A DNA stretch of 63,510 nt, the filler included, from Choristocarpus tenellus KU-1152 (taxonomy: Eukaryota; Protista; Phaeophyceae): NCBI GenBank assembly GCA_964200185.2. It is 9 parts of 9 records of this genome, joined end to end, with 100 filler letters (N's around TTAATTAATTAA, not from the genome) between each part and the next. Parts side by side here need not be neighbours in the genome. Positions count along the whole stretch, not along the records: positions 20,190 to 26,457 come from CAXNAD020008524.1; positions 26,558 to 29,115 come from CAXNAD020026795.1; positions 29,216 to 49,846 come from CAXNAD020000385.1; 6 more parts are not named here. One strand, given 5' to 3'. Below, in pieces: positions 25,441 through 37,200 of the stretch. Numbering within the stretch: the first letter of the stretch is position 1; the number at the start of each line of letters is the position of its first letter. The notes beneath the pieces are model-generated. The model saw only the letters and a list, made by a program, of their open reading frames with translations, did not search any database and was not told the origin of the DNA. A program made the translations under genes and the position numbers.

Positions 25441-26299
25441 GTAACATAATACTACTACTATTATAAATATTTATTTTATTATGCGTTGAGTCATTTTGAT
25501 AAATGTGTCAGGGAAAACCTCCAAAGTCAGAAGGACCCCTCTAGAAATAACACTAGTTGAAGTTGATGTGAAAATTGTCATAATTTATAGGCAGAGCAAT
25601 ATTGTGGTATGATATGATTTCGACAGAAATAGTTGACGGTAAAATATAAATGACGTATACTTTAAATACCATGAGGGATAAGTATAATATGGACATACCT
25701 CTTCCCTATTTTGCAATTTCTTGGTGGTGTAGCAAATAGTAATTGTTATTTGCTCTCTTTCAGTTTAGGAACTTGTTCTTTACAACCTCCACCCTACCTA
25801 CTGCAGCTCTTCACCCATGACCAGATGAAGATATACACTGCACTATTTCTTCTCACCTATGAACTACCTGTTGCGCTCTATGTAGCTAATTGCACTGTCC
25901 CCCCTGTAACTGCCTTGATTTTTTCTAAATCTTTTGTTTGGGACAGGCGTCCCACCACTGTTATTAGCTCCGACTCCTCCCTCGAACATGGTGTGCAGAT
26001 GACTCCCTCTGTCTACACTGAATCTTCACGGCCGCAATCCCTATCTCTTGGTATGAGGTTTTTGTGGTTACCAGAAGATATTGGTAGTAAGGTACACCAG
26101 AAGGTAGGTGTGTCTTCCCAATCATGGAAATCAAATATCCTTCAAACAAAGTCTGGTCTCCGCAGCCACACCTCGAATTTGATATTCCTGTAGCAGACTG
26201 TGAGTGGACAAATTCCAAACCTACCATGATAGGTATAACTTAATACTACTAGATTTCTAAATCGGTCACTTTTTGATCAGAAAGAGTTCAGGTAAGGCA

Positions 26300-26440
26300 A
26301 ACCTCGTAGTTTTAATCTCAGCACCATAGTGTTGAAAATTCTTGGGCACCTGACTAAGCAGGCAGGGAGCTTTCTTGATATGTTGGCCACCCATTTGGTA
26401 GGAAGGAGAGGGTCTAGGAGATATAGTAGAAAAGGGACTG
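26300..26440 (+). mobile_element. CRE/R2-like fragment E, interrupted by a MITE family 1 left end at 26440-26457
   Basis: cctcgtagttttaatctc...aaagggact matches copies C and D, then gtctcaaagtatctgggg up to the gap. Confidence 0.75.
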
Positions 26441-27299
26441 TCTCAAAGTATCTGGGGNNNNNNNNNNNNNNNNNNNNNNNNNNNNNNNNNNNNNNNNNNN
26501 NTTAATTAATTAANNNNNNNNNNNNNNNNNNNNNNNNNNNNNNNNNNNNNNNNNNNNTTTTTGTATTGAGAATATGTGGACTTTTACGAGGGGAAGAAAA
26601 GGGATGAAGAGAACGCAAAAGAGCTTTCCGTCTCTCGATTTTATTTACATTTTTTTTTTTTTCGCTGGTGGTGTAAAATTTTGTTGGGTTTTTTTTTTTT
26701 AATCGGACCCGTCGTTGGGGCAGGCCTCTGCCTGATCTAAGAAAAATCAGTGAAATCTGTCTACGAAGAAAAACCGGGAGTCCATTGAGCAAAAAAAAAA
26801 AATTGTCCAAAAACAATAAAAACCCAACCAAAAACAATAAAATAAAAGCCGACCAAAAAAAAAAACACCCAACCAAAAACAAAACAAAAAATGACCAAAA
26901 ACAATTAAAAAAAAAAAAAAAATTACAGTAATCAGGAAAAGAAGTTTTTTTTTTTTCAAGTGTGAACATTTTCTTGTGCTGTCACATTGCACTCCCAAAT
27001 ACAAATTAATTTGTAAGTAGCCCTAACCCCGATTGGTATGCCGTGGTGAAGCTATGCCGAGGTCTAGAAGTGCTTGACGGGGTCATCAAATGCAGCACCT
27101 TTGACCCAATGGGATGGCCTAACTTGCTAAAATGCTTGTGTCTTTTGAGCAAGCAGGATCTGTTCCCCCCTGCAACCTCTCCCACCCTGCCGTACATATA
27201 TACATATATTTCTTACTGTTTAATTTTTAATACATATTTATTTATATTTCTTAGTGTTTTTTATACACATATATATAGTAATGTTTCATATTGTTTTTA

Positions 27300-27432
27300 T
27301 ATACATATATATTTATATTTCTCATTGTTGTTTTTATCTATATATATATATATTTATATTTCTCATTGTTGTTTTTATCTATATATATATATTTATATTT
27401 CTCATTGTTGTTTATATATATATATATATTTA
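27300..27432. repeat. AT-rich minisatellite of about 42 bp, 3 copies
   Basis: atatttatatttctcattgttgttt(ttatc)tatata.. repeated. Confidence 0.85.
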
Positions 27433-27514
27433 TTGGGGTTTTTTTCTTTTTGTGGTTGATCTGATGGGCTAATCACTTGTTGTCTGTTTCTGACTGGAAT
27501 TTTTTCTAAGTTGA

Positions 27515-27972
27515 GACCCGAAGCATTTAAGAGGGTAGGGGGGTTCTGCCCTGTTTTTTTTTGTTTTGTTTTGGGTTTTTTTTGGGGGGGGCTTGCCTTC
27601 CCACATTTTTTTTTAATTTCCATTTTTCGGTTTACTGTGTGAACACAGTTACCCTAACCCTAAAATGTACACAATTATGAAAAGATGTGTCCGGGGAGCA
27701 AGGATATTTGACACTTGCTGACAAGCACGACAGCCAAAATCACGTCAAAATCGCAACATCATTGAATTTATGATCCCTAGCGTCGTTCGTCCCTCTGTCG
27801 GAGTAGGTAAAATGTATGTATATGCTCTATGAAAATGTGTGTCCGGAACAAGGATATATTGACAGTTACTTTCTAACAAACACGACAGCCAAAATTACAT
27901 CAAAATCACAGCATCATTGGATTTATGATCCCTAACGGACGTGGCCCTACCCTCTTAAAAACACTTTGGTTC
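27515..27972 (+). mobile_element. MITE family 2 with an internal tandem duplication of about 150 bp
   Basis: TIRs gacccgaagcatttaagagggtaggg ... ccctaccctcttaaaaacactttggttc; duplicated block tatgaaaa..tgtgtccgg..tttatgatcccta at about 27677 and 27828. Confidence 0.7.
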
Positions 27973-28816
27973 TTGAGTTACTGCGGTGGTTTCTGGTGCG
28001 ATTCACCGATGGATTCACCAGGTGAGGTATTGATTGTTCTCGCTTTTATTGTGATTTCTCAATTGCTTTGTCAAATAGGAGGTGTAGAAGGTGGGGAAAC
28101 CTATCCAAATTTGTTGTAAATTTTTATCTTTATTTTTTTTCCTGATCTTTGCAAGCAGAGTCCACCCCCACAAACTCACCCCACCCATTCACCGACCGGT
28201 GTAAGCTCCTCATACTATTAGCACTTAGTAGCATGAATATACAGAGTCAGAGGAAACCCTAGGCACCCAGTTTTTGGCCATTTTTGCATTGCAAGTCAGT
28301 CATTCAACCTATGTTGCAATTCAGTCACATTTCTATGGATGACTTGATGAGTTTGACTTGAGAGAGGTTTTATTATTATTATTATTATTATTTGTTTGAA
28401 AATTTTCGACATGATTCAGAAAATATCCTGTACACATTTGTACCAAAAAAAAAAGAAATCAAATTTTGAAACATATTTTGCCAGCATCTTTAGGATACAA
28501 CTCTGTTGGTGGGTACCTCTCGTTCGCTTCGACTCAAAAAATAAATAAATATATATATATATATAGTAAAAAAAAAGAAGTAAATGAGCACCTATCTTAA
28601 TGCAATCCCTTTTTTTTAAAGACATTTATCCACATGTATCTACATTTATATCAACCCTCTCTGCTTGTCACTACAATTAAATGGGGCTGCTGCTCACTCC
28701 TTCGATAGAAGGAAAGTAACGCCACTGAAAAGATTCCTTCTTTTTTTTTTCACCAAGAAAGTTCGTTGAAAATTCTCCCCCTCCCTCCTTGCACGCGACT
28801 GTTTTGTCCATTTCAG

Positions 28817-28981
28817 CGGCTAGGCAAGGAAGCAGCAACGGCAGAGGGTCTCAGGGAGAGGGGACGGGTCTTGTCTGTGGAACTGAAGCACATGAGGCAG
28901 GAGGCAGAGGGAAGGCAGCGGAGACTGGAGGAATCTGTTGAGGGGTTTGCCACTGCAAAGGAAAATCTTAGGGCTTCTCAG
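28817..28981 (+). CDS. Isolated internal exon of a coiled-coil protein
   Basis: tttcag| 165 nt phase 0/0 |gttagt; RLGKEAATAEGLRERGRVLSVELKHMRQEAEGRQRRLEESVEGFATAKENLRASQ. Confidence 0.7.
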
Positions 28982-29098
28982 GTTAGTGACGGTGGGGTGG
29001 GCGTGATTGAGCAGCTGCAACGTTTAAGGGGCACTTGTCCGGCTCTGGATAAGCAGTGCACACATTGGTGATGGACTCTAGGGTGTGTACATTAACCT

Positions 29099-29115
29099 GA
29101 CCCAAAGTATCTGGG
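29099..29115 (+). mobile_element. MITE family 1, left TIR at contig end
   Basis: cct|gacccaaagtatctggg followed by the gap. Confidence 0.75.
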
Positions 29116-31219
29116 NNNNNNNNNNNNNNNNNNNNNNNNNNNNNNNNNNNNNNNNNNNNTTAATTAATTAANNNNNNNNNNNNNNNNNNNNNNNNNNNNN
29201 NNNNNNNNNNNNNNNGGGGGCCTTGGGACTGGGATACCTCCTCCGACTCCTCAGGGATTGGGGGCATCAGGGAAGAACATCCCTTGGTTAGGTCGCCTAG
29301 GGCCAGGCATGAACCTGCGCAAGGCACCCCTTGGTACACCTGGAGCACAATCAGGGTCTGGGATTGAGGGATCAGGAAGTATGGAGTATGCAATTGAGGG
29401 AGGTGTAGTGTAGGGTCTGGAGAATAGGGTGTTGCAAGGAGGGGGGGAGAGGGGGGGACATCGTGTGCCCTGATGCTTTATTGTGGCCATTATATAGTTC
29501 ATACTGAAACAACAGTTCTTCGTATCCAGGTTTTGCCCTGTTTGGCCTTGCGCCCACTGAATTTTACCTCATGTGTGTGTGTAGCTGTATGTATTTGTGC
29601 GTGTATTCTGTGTGATTGACTGCATTAGTTTCTTGGAATCAGTCCGTTGTCAACAGTGTTTTGAACTGCATGTTGTGAAGAATTGTGAAGATCAAGTAGC
29701 GATAATTGTAACCTGCACAAGATAGGTAAAGTTTCAGGGTAAATGGATTGTGTTGGCTCAATATGAGTGTAGGCTTTTCTATTGGCAGAAGAGTTGCTTT
29801 TGGTACCATTTACCACAACTCCTCTATCTTATTACTGTTGATCTTGGCATGGTTTATTGCATCGCAAGAGCTGCTCACTTCATACTGGCTGAGCCTGGGC
29901 ACAGATTCCACCTATTGATAGTGAGGTAAAGGTTATTCGATGCATGTGTTTGGACTGTTCTTACCGTGTGGTACATGACATGTAATGTAGCAGTGTCACC
30001 TCTGAAGGGATTTGGTTGGATTAGGGTTAGGGTTGATGTGTGATGTGTTGTTGTTCTCCTGTTGCCTCTTCAGCAATTGAATCCACCTCATTCATGTCCA
30101 TATATTCTACTACTTGTAGTATGGCAATCCTTAGAAGTCAAACTCCACTGGGATGGCTTATGGAATTGGATACTGCGGCTGTGTTTTTCAACACTACTTT
30201 TACTCTTGAACACGAAGTCCCTCCTGTGTTTTTGGTTGCTACCTGTAAATACATTTGTAGCATTCTACACCAGTAATGGAACCGTGGTTCTGTGTTGTCT
30301 GTTTATGCTGTAGTATAGTAGTACTTGTTATATCTTCCACTGGTACCTCTTGTAAACCTTGACTTCCATCTGGAGTTCAAGAGGTGCAAGAACTACATGT
30401 CGACCCAAACGTAATAAACAGCCCTGCAGAGTAAAAAAAGTGACCAAAAGATTAGACTGATCCCACAGATCCTTGAAGCTCTCAGAGGGCTCAGATAGTC
30501 ATCACTGTAGCTTTGCTTGAATCTGAATCGACAATGTTACAAACTTTGAAGCTGCAACATGTGTGTGCTGCCCTCACAGTGGAAACATGCACAGTTAGTA
30601 ATTGAGATATGATTTACGATGAAGTTGACATGGGAATATTGCATTGTTAAGCCAAATACCTATGGGTAATTACATGCATTGTAGTTCGAATGACCATTAA
30701 ATAGTGTTGGATTGCAAAATTATTGATAGAGAAGTCTAGGTGATGCCATCCTACAAAACCTTCTAACAGCTCTCATCTACAACAGAAGCAAAATACATGG
30801 AGAGCTAGCACCAACCAATGAAGTGCCTGGTACACAGAAGAAGACAACCTCAATAGATATTATCAACTGTGTAATGCCACTAGGATATCCACTTCTGCCC
30901 AGGCTGTTGATGAACTATATTAACTGAATTAGAGAGTGTACTGAAAGTGGACGAATGTACTGGAATGACTACGTGCTTGAAATAATTCAACTCTGACGTA
31001 CTTCTCCAAATAGCACCGAAGACCGTATCTCAAATTACTGTATTTACCAAATCGTTACCCCCCTTTTTCTCAAAACTAAGCCTTGAGTAGCAAGAACCAT
31101 AAAAAAGCATCTTTGTAATATAGGAGTTATCAAATCAAATGGCAGTGTCAGATACCTTGTTTTAGGCATTTGCAACGCCACATCAAAGGCTCTCTAACCC
31201 ACTAATAATTGCCCCTTTC

Positions 31220-34200
31220 CTAAGCTCCAATATCTTCACCAAGCCCATCCTCTACAAAACCATAGTTGACATTACCATCTCTTCTATCACCCATATACTC
31301 TCCGATATTTTCATAGTCTCCACCCCCTTCTATGGATATATCCAGATCTTCACTATCTCCATTGCCTTCATTTTCTCCCTCCACTCCATTGTCTTTGACT
31401 CCATCCTCAAGCGTATCCTCTACGCCAGCCCGCTGCAAGCTCGCCAACTAAAATCAAGAAGGGGCAAAGATTCCTTAGATTTAAGGGAGGTCATCATGTG
31501 ATTCTCGAAATTGTCAAACTGGAGAAGACCAATATTTTTGTAAGACGAAATGTGGTCTGCCTGTTAGACGAAAAAAAAATAGCAAGGGTTAGCTCACATT
31601 CCATATGGAATTGGGTATCTCATCTCCTAAGGGTGTATGCATTATCTTGTGAGTGTACATAGAACTCTGAGTCCAACTACATCACAAGTGATATTCAAAG
31701 GTGGTTAATAGTCAAAAAGTTACATTCACTGCTCACAGTGCATCAATCACATGGTGGGGTTTAAGCCAATTTCCACAAGAACAAGCGAATGATTACACCA
31801 ACTGCAACCTCCTCTTCACATATACAATAGAGAAAAAAATACAAGGTAACACTTCTTTGTCTTGAAAGTTTCATGAACCAACATGACAACCCAATCTGTG
31901 CTTGATGCAAAACCCTAACCCTAACCCTAAGTAGATGATAGGTGGTGATGATGGAGTGAGCTGCAGTACTGTTCAACATCTCGATAATAGGTGTAGAGAC
32001 AGCTAACACAAGCTATATGCATCACCATGTTGAAAGACATGCTCCAATTCAATAGAATTTACAACTATTAGAAGATGTGCCTTTGAACCAGCAGTTGCAA
32101 ATACTGCTGGGGGTGAAAATATCGGAAGAGTAAATATCTGACCAATTTTAATACCCTGTATAGGACCAATAGAGTATTAGTAATAGCAGAAAGGATGGCA
32201 AAAACAGCGGTCACCAGGCAACTCCTCAGATAAAACAGGATAAAGGGATACCAATACTCCAGTACTTCCCCTAAAGGTGGGCTGTGCACCTAAAAGAGGG
32301 AAGGATTAGGTGCACTATTCTGATGTGTCAAGCCTACACATTGCAAAGGATGTAAGCCAACCCTAGCAAGGTTGTATCTTCATGAATTGGCGAAAGGGTG
32401 AGGAGAGCGATTTACCTTTTCCGTGGGAGATGACTGAGGTATGAAGGACATGTCATCGGAGACAGGGAAGCGATCGATAGCTGCAGCAGCCTCACGAGCC
32501 CTATCCTTCAACACCCCAGGAACCCCAGGCTTTCCGAAATAACACACATCAACATGCATCCATGATGAAAAAAAGCATTGAGAGGGTCGCATTGAAGGAT
32601 TGGTGAAAACAAGGTGAGGAGGTCGGGGTTGGTGAGGGAGGGTCAGGTTGTGGTTGGTGAATATACAAGGCACAGTGGGATTCAACGTGAACATGTTGAA
32701 CACCATGAACTACCTAGTGTATTAAAAAAACCCAGTAAGAACATGAGGCAGTACAGCGTGCTTTCGTTACAACTGTATCACTATCTCCAACAACATGCTG
32801 AGAAAACTGCCTCATTTCAGAGCAGCAGCATGAAGGTGATAGAGATATGAGGAGTGTCATGTGGAGAAGAGATTAAGCAAAAAACACTCATCATGGAGGT
32901 ACTCCTTGTATACCATTAAGCTAGGCATTATCCTATTTTTCACACATGGATCACAAGTTCATAATCTCAGGAAAAATCCTGCCTCAAGTCTACCATCAAG
33001 TGCTTGGTGACATCAATGCATTACTTTTCTTTCTGCATTTTTGTGCTCTTCGCTTTGAAAATAGGTAAATTTCAAAGTCCCATCTGATGCCAAGACTATT
33101 AACATCACTACTGTCACTGACAGTAATAGCACTGGTAACTTGAACATTTATGGGGTTGGGAAAGGTGGGGGGAAAATGTGACCTATTCGTTCACTCCCAC
33201 CTACATATGATTTCATTTGTACATATGATGACCATTCTCCATGTCTCCTACCCCACTCTATTGCATGAATTACTCATACCTCTCCTTTAACACTTGCCTT
33301 GAAATAATCTGCCTGAAATTGTTGATGTTACATACAAGTCATTTGTATCTCCAAGGTTGAAGAGGCTGCTTCTTTGTAACAACTCACTGCATTACTTCAA
33401 TGCTTCCAGTCCAGTACAGATCGAAGAACCTGGGTACAATGTTAAAAAAATCTGACCACTCCCAAGATGTGGATATCTACTTCAATACACCTGACCACTG
33501 GTGACAACCTCCCCTTGCCAATACCAATATTGACAGGTGAGACCAAAGGTGTTTCTAATTTGGATAATCATTGCTGCTATACATCGCTGTTATCGATTGT
33601 GATCAACAATGAAAGAGGGTTCCTACTAACAGTAGTTTTATTCTCCGTATCCACATTCAACAACACTATGCGCCATCCAATAAGAAAACAAGGATTACAG
33701 GGCAAATCCTTGCACTACATAGTATTGCTCCAGCAGAACCTTCAGTACATCACATCATTATACTGGAACAATGTCTTGACAACAGAGGGCGTAAGACAAG
33801 AAGGTGATGAGCATGTCTAAAAACACAAAACCTAACCCTTGACTCACAAGAGATGGTATTTGTCCTAGCATTTCCAAGGATCTTCGAAGGATGCGGCAGA
33901 GATCCCCCTCATCTAGACTTGTGCTTTCCATCAGTTCTTTCCAGGTGCACCCATTGGCCCACCCTTCAACAAGTCCACAGATGCTCCCATCTAGACGTAC
34001 AGGTTGCTCCGCCTGAGATCATTGCCATGGGAATGCGTAGGGAAAGTGGTTGTATGTCCACGAAGGGTGAGTGTGAACTCCATGACTACATAGATACAGT
34101 TTTACATGGGATCACATGACACTCCAGCTGCTTGTAAACAGTAGGCTTAAACACTGATGCAAGTAAAGGTGTACAGGCAATAGGTGAGAATTTCATGCAT

Positions 34201-37200
34201 CGTTGGTGGAGAGTGGTTACATTAGAGAACAGAAAAATACGTATCTGAGGTTGGTTTGTTCCATATTGAAGATCTTCTGGTATCATCTTCAGAGCAGCTT
34301 AATGAACTTCCTATAGCAACTTAGAGAAATATCAAAATACAGATAATGAAAGAACTTGTTAAGTAAGAACAAAACATAAAAGGGACATGTGCATGGCAGA
34401 CAGAGCCATCATGTTCTTTTTGACAGTAAGCAAAAATATGTACATATAAAAATCCTATCTACTCACAATATGTTGGTTTGATAAACATTGCATTCACATT
34501 CCTCCAATGTTGAATTTACAAAATTCCTTCACAATGTGGTGTTCCAAACCATGCAGCACCACACCCAGCAGTCCCATTCCAACAGTGTTCTTCAAAGTCA
34601 ACCCAACTGTTGTAGTAGTAGTATCAACTCAAACAAAGGAAGTTTCTAAAGGATCTGTGATGATCCAGAGAAATTTTCATCAATGCAATCTATGTCAAAG
34701 AAAAATAAATACAACGGTGAGATGACAAAGGGATGCAGACAAGTTGTCAGGTCTTTGATGGTGGCACTAGAGTGGCAAATGTTAGTAGTTACCAGTTGCG
34801 GCCAGATTATGCCTCTTACCTGTTCCATAAATTGTGTCTCCACCAGCTCTGATGCCAATGGCACCAGTTCCCCAAGGAATGCCACCAATGCCTGATCAGG
34901 GTTGTTGATCTTGAGCTTAGTAATATTTGGTTGGAGTGAAGCTATTGTTCCGGTCAAAGTTACTTGTATTGAGTGATTCTTGTCAGAGCAACCCTAACCC
35001 TAAGTCTTCTGGCATTTGTGTGGTGGTAGCTAGTATGATTGACAATGCACTAAACATGTACTTCATAGAACAGGTGATTATGGTATAACACTGAGATGAA
35101 TGACCAAAAAATGGACTGGTTCTGATCTGGCCTCCCCCCCCCTCTTCTATTGGTAGAGATCAGAACCTCCCTCATGTTTCCATATCTACTGGAACTAGAA
35201 ATTAGTGATATCTTGGGGCATCAGCTCACTTTTCCATACCCAGCATCCACCACACAGGAGCGTTACCAGTCTATTTCAAGTCTCAGAAATTGAGATCATC
35301 GGAGAACTATTTTGTGAGATACCTCCAAAATAGTTGTGGGTGACAATTAGAAATACGGTACACACGGCATGCAATCAGCCCAAGCAACCTTAAAAGGGTT
35401 TAGGAAAGACACAGGCTCAACAGAAACTACAAAAGTTGAAGTAGTATAAATTGACTAGAGGTCTAAAAGGAACTCTACTATATGACACATGGATACTTGG
35501 CCTCAAGATCAAGCATATATATATCAACTGAAATTAAAAAGTCGGCTAGGTATTCCAAGATTCTGTCATCATGAGACATGCCCAAGGGCAAAGATCAAGT
35601 CTAAATTCAACCCTGCTACAAACAACATTTTCAATTGCCAAAAGTCTAACTTTGCCATAAAACTCTCACATCTGACGGTCCATAAAGGGAGAACAAGTTG
35701 CTTCGAGTGGACTCATTCAGGATGGCTGGCATCAATCCCGCCAGCTCAGTTGCAGACAGTGTAACAATGGTGGGCCTGGTAGCAGTTTCATGGGGTTGGG
35801 AGAAAGGTGGACTAATGCTGTAGTAGGATATGGCAATACCCAGTTTGCATTCACATGTTGGTGGGACTCATGGGTCTACTGGTAGCATGTGTTCTATGAT
35901 ATTATGATGGAGATTTGATATATTTGTTGTGGCCTGTAGGTGGTAGAGTGTGAGAAGAAGGCGGAGAAACAAAACTTGCTGGTGTTGGCATGGAACTTAC
36001 ATTTATGTTGCCTTGTGCAGGTCATCGTCATGGAAACCCATAATATACTCGGAGTATATAGCAGGATGTACATGTTTCAGTCGTGTTATCCCCATGAAGA
36101 GAGGGGGTATATTTTGTTTTTTGATGTTGGCTGATATAGTACGACTGGAGTAAACATATGGAGATTGAAAAAGTAACAAAATATCATCAAATACCCCTAG
36201 AAAAATAGCAAAGGGCATTCATTGCTACACCTTGAACATTCAGCAGGCAGACTACTGTTTTTATGATCAGTGTACATCAACAGCATTTTTCTTTCAGCAG
36301 CATCTGATTGACACAAGGTGGAGTCACCAGAGCAATACTCAAATCGAAGAGGGTAGAGTTTAAAATGTAGACTTTGTGCTTTTCAAGATTTCACATAATC
36401 CTTACATGGTGAGCACCAAAGCTATCCAAAGCTCATTTTCAGCATTGATGGAACCAACCACTTCTCCAAACTGGGTAGGTTTGGCCCCATCAGGGACCTC
36501 CTCTAAAGCATCATAGGCCATGAGAACCCTGTATAAGATAGGGGAACGGTGTATACAGGCATTAGGGTTAGGGTTAGGGTTAGGGTTAGGGTTAGAAGTG
36601 ACTCACAAATCTTTGACCCCATCATCACTACACTCTTGCACATTGCTGCACAGTGACTCGCAAATAGCCTGTGTTGAAGGTCACAACTAAACCAACTTGA
36701 TGAACAAAGAGTTTTACCTTTCTTCCAAGTCTTGAACAAAACAGACTAACAGACTACAACGGTATGCCATGAAGTGATTGAGGTCATCTGCTCAAAGCAA
36801 GCAAACAAGGTGCGCTCTGACCAATGCATGGGGACCATATTTTTAACAATAGTTCAGAACTGTTGAGAAAAAAAACCCTAGCCCTTCAGGATGATTTAGA
36901 AAAAAAAGTTGGCTGTAGTGTCTACGTTAAATTTCCAATAAAAAAAAACAATAGATTGTATTACTTTAAAGGAAGGTCTAGACCTGGTTAGCACGTTACC
37001 CTCAGCACACCCTGAACGGTTACCTGTGGTAACAAAAAACCCTAACCCTAAACCCCATTTCACCTGGAGACGCTCTTGAACTGTTCCCAGGAGGACTGAG
37101 TAAGGCTCCTCTCCTTCTTCTTTACTGACCGCACCTGGTAATACAAAGCATGAAGGAGACGTAAGGATACAAAGACTATGTAGAATAAATGTAAAAATAT

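Noticed and set aside
26502-27623. Phe/Ile/Tyr-rich 'membrane protein' ORFs
   Set aside because: Artefacts of poly-T and TA low-complexity sequence
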